Positions 39,917 through 50,566 of a stretch of DNA of 64,000 nt are shown one piece after another. The notes beneath the pieces were generated by a model that searched no databases, had not been told where the DNA came from, and worked only from the letters and a program-made list of their open reading frames with translations. The position numbers and the translations under genes were made by a program. Origin of the DNA: an uncultured Bdellovibrio sp. (GTDB lineage Bacteria > Bdellovibrionota > Bdellovibrionia > Bdellovibrionales > Bdellovibrionaceae); NCBI GenBank assembly GCA_963932905.1, contig CAWVRN010000001.1, positions 288,001 through 352,000 on the forward strand, written 5' to 3'. How positions within the stretch are numbered: position 1 is the first letter of the stretch; each line of letters opens with the position of its first letter.

Positions 39917-40462
39917 ATGAATAAAAAAGTTCTATTTATCTTAGCCCATCCCTATTTAAATCGTTCGATCGCTAATAAAATCATCTGCGATCAAATTAAA
40001 GATCTTACACATGTTACTTTCCATGATCTTTACGAAACATATCCGTACTTCAATATCGACATAAAAAAAGAGCAAGAAATGCTACGTAATCACGATTTGA
40101 TCGTGTTTCAACACCCGTTCTATTGGAACAATATGCCGCCACTATTAAAACTTTGGCAGGATGAAGTTCTTGAGGCTGGTTTCGCATACGGTGAAAAAGG
40201 CGATGCGCTTAAAGGGAAAGACTTTGTGTTATCGATCACCACCGGCGGATCAGCTGATACGTACACATCAGAGGGGCAAAACAAATTTCCGGTGACTGAG
40301 TTTATGCGGTCCTATGAGCAAATGTGTTTCTTGTGCGGGATGAAGTGGAATACGCCGCTGGTGTTGCATTCATCACGCCAAAATTCTCGCGACGAAATAT
40401 ATGTTCATGCAGAAAACTTGAAAGAAGTGATGGAAAAATTTTTGGATAGAGGTCAAGTGTGA
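39917..40462 (+). CDS. kefF: Kef-associated NAD(P)H oxidoreductase (KefF/KefG family)
   Basis: AHP, DLYETYP, QHPFYW..PPLLKLWQDEV, TTGG; overlaps the kef gene start. Confidence 0.85.
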   Translation: MNKKVLFILAHPYLNRSIANKIICDQIKDLTHVTFHDLYETYPYFNIDIKKEQEMLRNHDLIVFQHPFYWNNMPPLLKLWQDEVLEAGFAYGEKGDALKGKDFVLSITTGGSADTYTSEGQNKFPVTEFMRSYEQMCFLCGMKWNTPLVLHSSRQNSRDEIYVHAENLKEVMEKFLDRGQV

Positions 40463-42267
40463 GTCATTCAAACGATTTCTTTAACTTAATTGTATTTTTA
40501 GTTTCGGCAGTAATTTGCGTACCGTTGTCTAAGAAAATCGGACTTGGTCCAATCTTAGGCTACCTGATTGCTGGCGTAGTTATTGGTCCTCACGGGATTA
40601 AATTGATTTCTAATGTGCAAGAGACCATGCATTTATCAGAATTTGGGGTCGTGCTTTTCATGTTTATCATTGGCCTGGAATTAAACCCAAAAAAACTATG
40701 GTCGTTACGTATCCCCATTTTTGGAATGGGAACAGCACAGGTTATAGTAAATATATTGGTTTTCACCGGTGTGTCTTATGCGTTAGGTTTGTCTTTGCCA
40801 GCTTCGATACTTGTAGGGATGGCTTTTTCGTTGTCGTCGACAGCGATGGGGTTGCAACTTTTGAACGAAAGAAACGCGATGGGCACCGTCACCGGCACTG
40901 CGAATTTTTCAATTTTGTTATTTCAAGATATCGCTGTGATCGCGATGTTGAGTGTGCTGCCTCTCTTAGCAAATGGCAAAGCAGCCGAATCATCGGATAT
41001 TAAGTTGCTGAATATTTTAAAGACAGTTGTGATTATCGTAGCGGTACTAATTGCGGGTCGTTTGCTTTTACGTCCATTATTAAGATTTATTGCGGGCATT
41101 CACCTGCGAGAAATTTTCACAGCATTTTCTTTGCTGCTCGTAATGTCGATGGCATTTTTGATGCAAACCTTGGATATTTCGATGGCACTCGGTGCTTTTT
41201 TAGCCGGAGTCCTATTGGCTGATAGCGAATATCGTCACGCACTGGAGACGGATATTGAGCCATTCAAAGGATTACTACTGGGTTTGTTTTTCATTTCAGT
41301 CGGAATGTCGGTAAACTTAAGTATTATTATTGAACAGCCTTTGCTAATTTTTGGATGTGTATTAGGCGCGTTTGCTATTAAAACAGTCGTTCATTTTATA
41401 ATTGGATATTTATTTAAACTACCTAAATCACAATTAACATTTTTTTCGCTTGTTATTGCACAGGTGGGCGAATTCGCGTTCGTACTTTTGGGGGCTGCAG
41501 CGACATTAAATATTTTCAATGCCCAGACCAATGAAATTTTAATCACCGTGGTGGCACTTACTTTGTTGGCGACACCAGTATTAGTTTTTCTATATGATAA
41601 ATTGATTGCCCCTGTGATTGAAAAGCGTGAAGAAATCGAACCAGACGTCATCGAAGAACAAGAAAATCCCGTGATCATTGCGGGGTTTGGGCGATTTGGA
41701 CAAATCATTGGACGTCTATTGTATGCGAATAAAATCACCGCAACCGTACTAGACCACGAACCGGATCAAATTGAATTACTTCGTCGATTTGGATTCAAAA
41801 TTTATTATGGAGATGCGACTCGTATAGATTTGCTAGAATCTGCGGGAATACGTAAAGCAAAAATTTTAGTAGTGGCCATTGATAGCGCTGAAGAAAATTT
41901 AAAACTTGTAAAACTGGCTAAAGAAAACTTTCCACATTTAAAAATATATGCACGCGCTCGTAACGTGCAGCATGTGTATGATTTAATTGATCAAGATATC
42001 GAATGTATAGAACGTGAAACTTTTGAAGCGTCATTAAAAATGGGAATCGAAGTAATGCGCGGTCTTGGTTGGTCTGGCTATGAAAGCGTAAAGCGTGGTC
42101 AGATGTTCAGACGTCATAACCTAGAGGTCATAAAGGACATGCATTCTAAACGTAAAAATGAAAAGGAATTTTTGGCCAAGGCCCGTCAAGCTCGTGAAGA
42201 TTTGGAAAAAATGTTTGAAGAAGAAAATCAGCTCCGCACGCAGCCAGGATCTGGCTGGGATAGCTAA
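40459..42267 (+). CDS. kefC: Glutathione-regulated potassium efflux protein (KefC/KefB)
   Basis: CPA2 motifs, YRHALETDIEPFKGLLLGLFF, KTN domain GFGRFGQ, YGDATR. Confidence 0.92.
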   Translation: MSHSNDFFNLIVFLVSAVICVPLSKKIGLGPILGYLIAGVVIGPHGIKLISNVQETMHLSEFGVVLFMFIIGLELNPKKLWSLRIPIFGMGTAQVIVNILVFTGVSYALGLSLPASILVGMAFSLSSTAMGLQLLNERNAMGTVTGTANFSILLFQDIAVIAMLSVLPLLANGKAAESSDIKLLNILKTVVIIVAVLIAGRLLLRPLLRFIAGIHLREIFTAFSLLLVMSMAFLMQTLDISMALGAFLAGVLLADSEYRHALETDIEPFKGLLLGLFFISVGMSVNLSIIIEQPLLIFGCVLGAFAIKTVVHFIIGYLFKLPKSQLTFFSLVIAQVGEFAFVLLGAAATLNIFNAQTNEILITVVALTLLATPVLVFLYDKLIAPVIEKREEIEPDVIEEQENPVIIAGFGRFGQIIGRLLYANKITATVLDHEPDQIELLRRFGFKIYYGDATRIDLLESAGIRKAKILVVAIDSAEENLKLVKLAKENFPHLKIYARARNVQHVYDLIDQDIECIERETFEASLKMGIEVMRGLGWSGYESVKRGQMFRRHNLEVIKDMHSKRKNEKEFLAKARQAREDLEKMFEEENQLRTQPGSGWDS

Positions 42268-42962
42268 TACGGAAAGTCGACGTCTTCGGCGAGGCCTTTG
42301 GTGTAAATGGCTTTGAGGATTTCGCATCGGTGCGGAGTTGAATTCGAATCACACGCGGATGCCTGCGCGCGCAGGTAAGCATAGTTCACACGTTGAGCTG
42401 TGTTTGGTCGAATAATGCTTGAGGCCCATAGCAATCCTAAGTTTCCGTGTTGCAGTTTTCTTTCGCCACCGTGACAAGTGACGCAAGTAGAAGACGATGA
42501 TGTCTGTGCCATTTGTGAAATGATTTGATCGGCCGTAACTGTGCCTTCGACAGGAAATGCAAGTTCGCCTTTGTAGCTTTCACTGCTTCCCACAAGTTCA
42601 CCGAATTCTAATAGTGATCTACCCGTGCCGGCCGTGGCGACACTCAGTACTAATTTATTTCGTATAATAAAAATTCGCGGATTCGCATTGTCGACCGCAG
42701 GCTGCGCACTACCAGTGCTGTTCACGGCCATGACCCCTAACGGGGCTTTTAGTGAATTTAAAAAGCAACCTAGTGACAAAGGTCTAGGAAGAGAATTTAT
42801 AAGCGTTACAGTTTCTTCAATTGTTTTCGGCGAACCTAGAGTCTCAGTGACGTCTGTGCAATTCGCACTTGCAGTGCTCTCGTTTTTACTACCGCTGCAA
42901 CGAATAACGAAAAAACTAGTTATCAATAGGACGAGCAGATAATGAACTAAGGACTTTCGCAT
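42264..42962 (-). CDS. Putative monoheme c-type cytochrome lipoprotein
   Basis: Lipobox-like VIRC, CVTCH motif. Confidence 0.65.
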   Translation of the reverse strand: MRKSLVHYLLVLLITSFFVIRCSGSKNESTASANCTDVTETLGSPKTIEETVTLINSLPRPLSLGCFLNSLKAPLGVMAVNSTGSAQPAVDNANPRIFIIRNKLVLSVATAGTGRSLLEFGELVGSSESYKGELAFPVEGTVTADQIISQMAQTSSSSTCVTCHGGERKLQHGNLGLLWASSIIRPNTAQRVNYAYLRAQASACDSNSTPHRCEILKAIYTKGLAEDVDFPY

Positions 42963-43137
42963 ACTTTATTATAGCTTTTTTACACTAGGAATCGATAAAA
43001 TATAGCAATCCCAGCCAAAGGATTTGAATGAAACGAATTATAACAATGATGATTGTTCTATTTCAATACGCTTTAGTATGGTTAGAAGAGTGTCTGAAAT
43101 TTTTTTGCATAATCAAAAAGGAAGGAAATCGAGTACC

Positions 43138-43947
43138 ATGAAAAAAATAAGTTATGTTTTTTTTATTAGTATCTTACTAAGTAATTTTGCCATCGCCGCT
43201 GAATGTTTAACGGACCATCAAATTTGTAGAAAAAGATCTTCAATGATTTATCAACTTGATAAAGTCTTAAGCGAAATTAAGGAAGCGTGTGGACGTGAGC
43301 CAAGCCTTTACATTGATTGGAAATCATTCGAGCCCATTCTTGCTGGCAAAGACACTTATTCCGTTGATTCGTGCACGGCTCCCATCGTGTTTTTTACTGA
43401 ATTATGTAGAGCGAATTTAGAACAAGGGAAAAAACTGCTTAATACTGTAGAAGGATTTGAATGTTCAGCAGCTGGTGTAGACAAGCAAGCAATTGACTTT
43501 AAAAATGGTAATTTGAATTTTGCGATGGACCCAACAAATGATTGGCGCAGTGATCGTAAAGGCCCATCAGTTAGCGATTTCGTAAAAAAAGAAATGAAGG
43601 CGCTATTTAAGGTAAGTGTTTCTAACAAGAAAGAACAAGACGACATTAAACGAACTGACGAAGGAGACAAGCGAAAACAAGCCGAGCAGGCTCGTGATCT
43701 TGAGCGCAAGAAAAAGCAAGACGAAATAAAAGCCACGGTTGAAGCAAATAATGCCAAAATAAAAAAGAAATCTGAAATTTATCAAGCCGAAACCAAGCGC
43801 TTGACCGAATGGCTACAAAAAGAAATTAAGGCTATTCAAGCCAGCGATTTGAAACCAGAAGAGAAAGGTAAAAAGATGACCGAAGCGTCAGAAAAATACC
43901 AAACCGATTTACAAAAGGCAGTTAAAGCTTATAGCGAGGGACAATGA
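43138..43947 (+). CDS. Secreted Cys-rich protein with C-terminal coiled coil
   Basis: Start MKKISY after AAGGAAGG; six Cys; K/E/Q-rich tail. Confidence 0.75.
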   Translation: MKKISYVFFISILLSNFAIAAECLTDHQICRKRSSMIYQLDKVLSEIKEACGREPSLYIDWKSFEPILAGKDTYSVDSCTAPIVFFTELCRANLEQGKKLLNTVEGFECSAAGVDKQAIDFKNGNLNFAMDPTNDWRSDRKGPSVSDFVKKEMKALFKVSVSNKKEQDDIKRTDEGDKRKQAEQARDLERKKKQDEIKATVEANNAKIKKKSEIYQAETKRLTEWLQKEIKAIQASDLKPEEKGKKMTEASEKYQTDLQKAVKAYSEGQ

Positions 43948-45125
43948 GAAATTTAACTATACTAATTCTTTCTATTTCGTATCTTGCACACGCAGAATTT
44001 AAAGGCTACGAAGCTTGTTTTTTGGATGATGCGGAAAAAAAACGATGCGAAGTTAAAATGGTGGCCGGAAAAAAAGAAGGCAAAGAAACATGCCGTGCAT
44101 TGGACAATTCCAAAGTGGTATTGCTAGAAGCCCAGTATGCAAATGGTAAGTTAAACGGACCACTAGTATGTCGTGATTTTATGAATCAGGTGTACCTACA
44201 GACAGCCTATGTAGACGACCAATTAAATGGTGAACACAAATCATATTCGAAATCGCGTAGTTGGAAAAACATTAAAGAGGCATGGGCCATATCATTCTAT
44301 GAAAATGGCAAGCAAGTCGGTATGGAATTCTTTGCCGATACAAAAGGAAAAGTCCTGGATATTCTGCCAAATTGTTGGGAAAAAGGTCAGATGAGTTCGT
44401 CGAATCTTGGTTACTGTTTGGGTCTGAAATATGGTGATTATGATTCGGATATTAGAAAATTCTTGCAGGCCGAAGTTAATAAACGTTTCAAAGAAATGAA
44501 TCGAGATATAGAAGACAAATTTAAAAATGGAAAAGTTAAATTCAAAGTAAAAATGGTTAATGGTCAATATGACGGCGAGGCTGTCTGGAACTACGAAAGC
44601 GGTTCGCCTAATACAAAAACACTTTACGCGAAAGGCGTTCCCGTAAAAAGCGAAGAATTTTTTGAAAGTGGTGCTGTACAGGTAACGAAATTTTTTAAAG
44701 ACGGCAAGCTCGAGAAAAAAGAGACATTTTATGAAAATGGCAAGTTGGCCGAAATCGTGAAAGCTACCTATGACAACGGTATTCGCAAAGAACGCATTGA
44801 ACGTTTCAATGATAAAGGTTTTCGTGAAACTGAATATGGCTATACCTATGAATTTAGCGGTTATTGGGGACAAATAGATGGGCCATATCGTACATACGAC
44901 AACAAAGGAAATCTTGATTACGAGGCTTACTTTAAAAACGGGCAACTAGATGGAAAAGTCACTATCAATTCCACTGATCGCAAAGAAGAAGAAACTTGGG
45001 TCAAAGGCAGACGAAAAGAGACAATAGTTTACGATGTGAAAACGGGTAAACCCATCGAGAAAATCGAGTATATGAATGACGGCTCTGAAAAGGGGCGTAC
45101 AAAGCTAAATGGCGTAAAAATTTAG
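43944..45125 (+). CDS. Secreted MORN-variant repeat (YwqK-like) protein
   Basis: Repeats such as YANGKLNG, FYENGK, YESG, FKNGQLDG. Confidence 0.85.
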   Translation: MRNLTILILSISYLAHAEFKGYEACFLDDAEKKRCEVKMVAGKKEGKETCRALDNSKVVLLEAQYANGKLNGPLVCRDFMNQVYLQTAYVDDQLNGEHKSYSKSRSWKNIKEAWAISFYENGKQVGMEFFADTKGKVLDILPNCWEKGQMSSSNLGYCLGLKYGDYDSDIRKFLQAEVNKRFKEMNRDIEDKFKNGKVKFKVKMVNGQYDGEAVWNYESGSPNTKTLYAKGVPVKSEEFFESGAVQVTKFFKDGKLEKKETFYENGKLAEIVKATYDNGIRKERIERFNDKGFRETEYGYTYEFSGYWGQIDGPYRTYDNKGNLDYEAYFKNGQLDGKVTINSTDRKEEETWVKGRRKETIVYDVKTGKPIEKIEYMNDGSEKGRTKLNGVKI

Positions 45126-45275
45126 CCTACTAAGCTAGACTTGTTGGCGACTTAGTGGCGTATATCCGATGCAGAATTGGGCCCGGTGTTTAGAAAGGCG
45201 ACAGACTTTGTCGCCTTAATCGTAGTTCAGATATGCATGGAATCTGCATAGTAAACTCTTCGTGAGGTTTTACCT

Positions 45276-46271
45276 ATGAAAACAGCCATGGCCGTTGTGT
45301 TTACGACATTCCTATCGATTGCTTGTTTTTCAGCTGAGGCAGACCATTATACCCGGTCAGAGAAAGAGTTAAAAGATTCTGCCGAAATCATCAATGCTAA
45401 AGCCAACGCCTATCTTCAACAGGGCCTGGATAAAATTAACGCTGTAAGCCCATGTGTAGATTCAGAAAAGAGCGAGCAAGCGTTATACAAGGAACTGACC
45501 AATTATTTTGCTAATCACAACCACGGAAAGTTAATTCAAGATATTTTAGAGCGAGATGAAGTCGATAAACGCAGAGTCCTGATTAAGGATTCAATCTATA
45601 GTGCTTGGAATGTAACAGATGGATATCTATTGGGGCGTAAAAAAGCTGGTCAAAGCAAACTAGGATTGATGCCTCTTCTAAGAATCGGTGATCAGTATAT
45701 CGGTGCCGATAAACTTGAACACATGTTCGGTATGGGACTGATCTATCATTCAGGCATTACGTTTAAAGGAAAAACTTTAAAGGATGTTCTAAAGAACGGA
45801 ATTTTACGTGAAAAAACAGCGCTTGGTGGAAACATGGTTGCGACTGGTGTCTTTTCTTATGGCGATCTATCGGCAAATTTCAATGGCATGCGGTTTTGGA
45901 ATCATCTACTTCAAAAACGTGATGATGTTTTAGGTGTTGCCTACAACGTAGGGCCGTATGTTCGTTGTGAAGCTGGCAAATGGAAAACGACTGAGTTTAA
46001 AATTGATTTCAGAAACTATGTTGATGCGTCAATGGATGAATCGATAAACTGTCGTAAGCTAGCTACAAAGGATGGCGTCGAAAAATCTGTTGCGGCAATG
46101 AAAGCTCGTGGATTTAGCGAATGTCCTCGCGATGCTAAATTGCTAGAACAAATGCAAGCAAAGTATAATGTTCTTATGGCCAACGATCCAACGGGATTAA
46201 CGATATCCCATTGGATTATAAATATGAAAGGCCTTGGACAAGTTAATTATTTTGGTGAATTTAAGCAATAG
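45276..46271 (+). CDS. Secreted hypothetical protein
   Basis: GAGG RBS, signal peptide, GADKLEHMFGMG...SYGDLSANFNG motifs. Confidence 0.8.
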   Translation: MKTAMAVVFTTFLSIACFSAEADHYTRSEKELKDSAEIINAKANAYLQQGLDKINAVSPCVDSEKSEQALYKELTNYFANHNHGKLIQDILERDEVDKRRVLIKDSIYSAWNVTDGYLLGRKKAGQSKLGLMPLLRIGDQYIGADKLEHMFGMGLIYHSGITFKGKTLKDVLKNGILREKTALGGNMVATGVFSYGDLSANFNGMRFWNHLLQKRDDVLGVAYNVGPYVRCEAGKWKTTEFKIDFRNYVDASMDESINCRKLATKDGVEKSVAAMKARGFSECPRDAKLLEQMQAKYNVLMANDPTGLTISHWIINMKGLGQVNYFGEFKQ

Positions 46272-46291
46272 AGTATGCTAGAACGCCGAAT

Positions 46292-46735
46292 ATGAAAACA
46301 CGACAAGCGTCTGGCGCTGACATAAAATCAGTAGCCGTTTTATTTAATAAGTATCGCGAGTTTTACAAACAAGGATCTAACCTTGAAGGGGCCGAGCAGT
46401 TTCTTTCTGAGCGCTTAGCGAAAAACGAATCTGTGTTGTTTGTGATAGAAGACGGCGAGGCTGGTATTGTTGGATTTACTCAGCTCTACCCGTCTTTTTC
46501 ATCTGTATCGTTAAGACGTCTTTGGATTCTGAACGATTTATTTGTTTCAAATGAATATCGCGGTAAGGGCGCCGCAAAAGCTTTGTTAGATCAAGCAGTA
46601 GAGTTTGCAAAAAGTACGAATGCTCGCGGTTTAACCCTAAAGACCGCGCACGATAATCATGAAGCCCAACGTTTGTATGAGAACCATGGCTGGAAAAAAG
46701 ATGGTCAGTATCTTTCTTACAATCTTATTTTCTAA
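46292..46735 (+). CDS. GNAT acetyltransferase
   Basis: FTQLYPSFSS, LNDLFV...RGKGAA, N..AQRLYE..GW. Confidence 0.92.
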   Translation: MKTRQASGADIKSVAVLFNKYREFYKQGSNLEGAEQFLSERLAKNESVLFVIEDGEAGIVGFTQLYPSFSSVSLRRLWILNDLFVSNEYRGKGAAKALLDQAVEFAKSTNARGLTLKTAHDNHEAQRLYENHGWKKDGQYLSYNLIF

Positions 46736-47337
46736 CTATGCAGATTTGAGGGCGCTTTTCCGTGACCATGAATGGTTTCATCGGCAAAGTATTTATACCT
46801 TACGATTTTGAAGTAAAGATCGGTACGATTATTAAATTCTTTGGTGTAAATCGTTTCCAGTTTTATTCGCTGATCGTTCAAGTGATCAAACAGCCGAGTG
46901 CCTTTTCCCGCAATGATATTAACAAGACGAATTTTTAAAGAATCGACGACGCCTGCCTCCAGGGCTATTTGTGCAAGTTTAACCCCGCCGACTATAACGA
47001 CGTTTTTCTTTTTGGCAGCGGATCTGGCCATTTTTATCGCTTGAAAAATTCCCGTGGTAACAAAATTAAATTTCAATTTGTTATTTTGTCCCTTAGTTAC
47101 AAAATGTGTTGGGTTTTCTGTCACGACAAACACCGGCACCTGATACGCGTAGTTCGTAAAGTCATGATTGACGTCATCGTAGTAATCTTGATCCATGATG
47201 ATCGCGCCAGTACTGTTTATCATATCGACCAATGCTTGTGTGCCTTTAAGTTCCTCCACTGGGTACAATGAATCCCCATCGCGATCGATGGAAAATCCAT
47301 CTAGTGACATAGCCATATCAAGTGTAACTTCAGACAT
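46732..47337 (-). CDS. Dihydrofolate reductase/RibD C-terminal family protein
   Basis: MSLDGF, PVFVVT, VGG..LA, GKGTRLF. Confidence 0.85.
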   Translation of the reverse strand: MSEVTLDMAMSLDGFSIDRDGDSLYPVEELKGTQALVDMINSTGAIIMDQDYYDDVNHDFTNYAYQVPVFVVTENPTHFVTKGQNNKLKFNFVTTGIFQAIKMARSAAKKKNVVIVGGVKLAQIALEAGVVDSLKIRLVNIIAGKGTRLFDHLNDQRIKLETIYTKEFNNRTDLYFKIVRYKYFADETIHGHGKAPSNLHS

Positions 47338-47490
47338 ACTTTCTCCTTCCTTAAAGAGTTCCTACCTGATCTTAAAATAGAAATGTGGTGAAAGTAGTTT
47401 TTAGCGGTGTGGTTGTTAACTAACAGCCATCAGATATTTGTATAATTACAGACACGAATTTTTGAATCGTGTCCAACGCGGCAGTCGAAA

Positions 47491-48168
47491 TTAAAATTTA
47501 AAATTGGGAATGTCGGACGAATAGGTTTGGTGAGACAGCAGGTTTAACACTTCGTCATCAGTGAGTTGCTCAAAATTTCTGTAGAATTCTCCGACACTTT
47601 GAAAAAATATAGGTGTTTTCATACAAATGACATGATCTATTTCAGAACGCAGTCGTTGAGCTGTGTTGCCGGAACAAATTGGGATAGCCAGAATAATCTT
47701 GGCCGCGCCTTTTGATTTGGCGTAAAGTCCTGCCGCGCGCGCAGTGGCCCCAGTGGCCAAACCGTCGTCTACCAAGATGACTGTCTTATTTTTTAGTTCT
47801 GGAACTGGACGACCTTTTCTATAAACATTGGCTCGACGCTGAACTTCTTCTTTTTCGTGATCTTGAAGGGAGGTAATTTGTTCAAGAGTTATTTTAGAAA
47901 GTCCTACAGCTTCAGGATCCATCCATAAAATTTCGTTTTCAGTCACCGCTCCAATTCCATATTCAGGATGAAATGGATGACCAATTTTCCTAACTATTAG
48001 TACATCAAACGGAATTTCTAGTTTTTTTGAAATTTCACGGGCAACCGGAACACCACCACGAGGCAGAGCCAAGACAATAGCATTAGTTAAATCAGCTTTG
48101 GGAAGCAGACTTATTTGAGCAGCTAGTAAAAGGCCAGCTTCCTGGCGATTTTTAAAAATCTGTTTCAT
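47491..48168 (-). CDS. Phosphoribosyltransferase family protein
   Basis: FKNRQEAG, LALPRGGVPVA, VILVDDGLATGAT. Confidence 0.92.
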   Translation of the reverse strand: MKQIFKNRQEAGLLLAAQISLLPKADLTNAIVLALPRGGVPVAREISKKLEIPFDVLIVRKIGHPFHPEYGIGAVTENEILWMDPEAVGLSKITLEQITSLQDHEKEEVQRRANVYRKGRPVPELKNKTVILVDDGLATGATARAAGLYAKSKGAAKIILAIPICSGNTAQRLRSEIDHVICMKTPIFFQSVGEFYRNFEQLTDDEVLNLLSHQTYSSDIPNFKF

Positions 48169-48188
48169 AATACTAGATTATATAGTGA

Positions 48189-48203
48189 GCACATCGTGTG
48201 CCA
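48189..48203 (-). promoter_or_regulatory. Sigma54-type promoter
   Basis: Minus strand TGGCACACGATGTGC with canonical GG-N10-GC spacing, 20 nt before the start codon. Confidence 0.65.
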
Positions 48204-48416
48204 GCTTCGAATATATTTATTGGAGATCAATAAATAAGGAAGGGAAAATTGGTTCCATTGGTGTTGAGAATTTCCCCAATCCCAACATTACGAGTAGATT
48301 ATTTACTTGGCCACGATGGTAGTTTTGTTTCGCGATCGGGTCTATCAAGGGGAAAATGCGATCATGCCGGACATAATTTTAGAAAAACAAACTAACAATC
48401 ATCCTAATTTTTTTTG

Positions 48417-48854
48417 TTATAAACGAAGCTTCATAAATGCGGCCGACGCTGGACAAATTTCACGAAATTCAGACGTTGCTTTGATGCTATTGGGCGCCGA
48501 TTCTCTAGCTAATTTTTTAAATCCTGCTTTCTCAAAAAATCTTTCTGCTGTTTCTGTTAAAATAAAAACCTGCCGAACCCCGTTTTTTTTAGCTAAGTCC
48601 AAGGCAGCTAAATACATTAGCTTTCCCAAACCATTTGCGCGTTGATTTTCTTTCACAGCAAAAGAGCGCAGTAGCGCATCTGAATTATATATTTCTAGCC
48701 CTACCGCTGCACAAAATTCTTGTTCAATTTCTCCCACCAGAAAATGATCTATATGTTCAGTTAGGCCTTCTGTGGTCAGTTTACAACTAGATAAAAGAGC
48801 TTTTAAATTTGCCAAATCAGAAATTTTCGCAGAACGAATACTTAGGTTTCTCAC
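48417..48854 (-). CDS. GNAT acetyltransferase, ArsN2-like
   Basis: VGLEIY..ALLRSFAV, LTETAERFF, EF.EICPASAAFM. Confidence 0.85.
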   Translation of the reverse strand: MRNLSIRSAKISDLANLKALLSSCKLTTEGLTEHIDHFLVGEIEQEFCAAVGLEIYNSDALLRSFAVKENQRANGLGKLMYLAALDLAKKNGVRQVFILTETAERFFEKAGFKKLARESAPNSIKATSEFREICPASAAFMKLRL

Positions 48855-48981
48855 ACGGCCCTTCCAAAATTATAACCCAAGATAATCTCTAGTAGATTTA
48901 GTAGTATATATCAATCATCATTTAGTAGAGGCATTACCTAAACAAAGATGTCTATTTAAGTGAATTTGATCGCTCAGTCTG

Positions 48982-49182
48982 ATGAAAAAACGGATCGTCG
49001 ATATTCATTTGGTTGTTGTTTAATATGGTAGTAGTTGGCAAATTGAAGCAGATATTCAAATATCTTAAAAAATTTGTGACTTAAAATCCGAAACAACAAT
49101 GAGCATAATGTTAGAAAGAATCGGTGAAACAGCAAAAAATATTTCTGTAGTATTCAAAGCCAATAAAATTCGCTTTAATTAA
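48982..49182 (+). pseudogene. Probable HepT/DUF86 ribonuclease pseudogene fragment
   Basis: One frame reads MKKRIVDIHLVVV*YGSSWQIEADIQIS*KICDLKSETTMSIMLERIGETAKNISVVFK; LExIGExAKxISxxFK sits at the position typical of DUF86. Confidence 0.5.
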
Positions 49183-49600
49183 CATGTGCTACATTCAGAA
49201 AGTATCACAAAACCATCGTCGTCGATTAACAAACTTCAAAATTTTCGAGCTTCTTTAACGAGGACGAATTTAAAAGCCGCTCAGAAAATTTGGTCGAAAT
49301 AAATTCAAAAATATTTGTTGAATCACCGTCGGAGAAGGGGGCTTTCTATTCACAGGCTATTCCTATGTCTGTATTTAAATGTAGTAGGGAAGCTGTGGTC
49401 TTGAATTGGAGACTAGGTTATTGAACGTTTCGAGATTTTCAATAAAATAGGTCGAGGTAATTGTTCGAAAAATAGAGGATATGCATTGAAATCAACCAGC
49501 CCCCAGTTTTGAATTGACCTGGCCGCCTTAAAACTATGGGATCTTGTATACGCTTATAATTAAGGCTTAAAATTGTAAAAATTCACTTTAAAGGAATCAT

Positions 49601-50485
49601 ATGATTACGATTCTCGGTATATCAAGAGGAATTAAAGGACAGCTAACTCTAATGGCCAACTTGTCTTTAAGTTCTGGTGATCCTGATGAAATTGAATCGT
49701 TCATAGTCGATTACAACCCGGCTACTAAAAAGTTTAAGAAGATAAAATCATTTCCAGGTTGGTTAACTGGAATGGTGACAGCTCCCACGAGTGAGCTTGT
49801 AATGGTTTCAGCGGATGGCGAATTAGTTTGTTTTCGATCTGGGAAGATTCAAGTCAAAAGTTTAAAACGAAACGCATTTATGAATGGACTCGCTTTATTG
49901 CCTGGTGGAGGCTATTTAGCTTTGGGCGACGATGGATCTGCTTATTTAGGAAAGTCAATTTCTGCCAAGTCGAAAAAATACAGTTTTGGGTCATCATTGT
50001 ACGGAGCCCATTCTTTTTCTGGTAATAAAATAGTTATTGTGGGTGATAATGGTACGGCCGTATATGGATCTGAAAAAAGTTGGTTTCGAATTGATTTGAA
50101 TACAGATAGCTGCCTTTTTTCAGCGATCATGATCGATGAGCATAAGTTTTATATTGGCGGTGTCGAGACGCTTTTTTTAGTTAATATTCAAGATCTTTCG
50201 AAGCAGCCTCGAATTAGAAAAGTTAAACTACCCGATAAACTGACATGCTATGCGATCGAGTATTTTAAAGGAAAACTATTTGTAGGCGCAGGTGAAAATG
50301 GTTTGTGGGCGTGGGATAATATCAAATGGAACCAGGTGTCGAAAGCTCACGTGCACGCTCTGTATAAAGTCGATGATTGGCTTGCAGCCATGGCTAACAA
50401 TACTTTCCTTTATCTTAATAAAGGTAAGTGGATTAAAAGTCAGCTAGATCTGAAAGTGCTTCGAAGAGGCAAAACTCAACAGTAG
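49601..50485 (+). CDS. Hypothetical beta-propeller-like protein
   Basis: AAGGA RBS; blade-like repeats ALGDDG, IVGDNG, IGG, VGAGENG. Confidence 0.75.
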   Translation: MITILGISRGIKGQLTLMANLSLSSGDPDEIESFIVDYNPATKKFKKIKSFPGWLTGMVTAPTSELVMVSADGELVCFRSGKIQVKSLKRNAFMNGLALLPGGGYLALGDDGSAYLGKSISAKSKKYSFGSSLYGAHSFSGNKIVIVGDNGTAVYGSEKSWFRIDLNTDSCLFSAIMIDEHKFYIGGVETLFLVNIQDLSKQPRIRKVKLPDKLTCYAIEYFKGKLFVGAGENGLWAWDNIKWNQVSKAHVHALYKVDDWLAAMANNTFLYLNKGKWIKSQLDLKVLRRGKTQQ

Positions 50486-50538
50486 ATAGGTGTAGTTATT
50501 ATTGACACTCCAATAAAAAAGTATTTGAATTAATCGAT

Positions 50539-50566
50539 GCCATCCAAGTTAGGTGGCTTTTTTTTT
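50539..50566 (+). terminator. Intrinsic terminator
   Basis: GCCATC-CAAGTTA-GGTGGC followed by T9. Confidence 0.7.

Noticed and set aside
44292..44945. 217-aa antisense ORF
   Set aside because: F/I-rich mirror of the K/E/N-rich MORN gene.
48307..48645. 112-aa plus-strand ORF
   Set aside because: Mostly antisense to the ArsN2-like gene.
49326..49341. CGTCGGAGAAGGGGG as a degenerate left att core
   Set aside because: Several mismatches to the core and no paired arm repeats at the expected distance.
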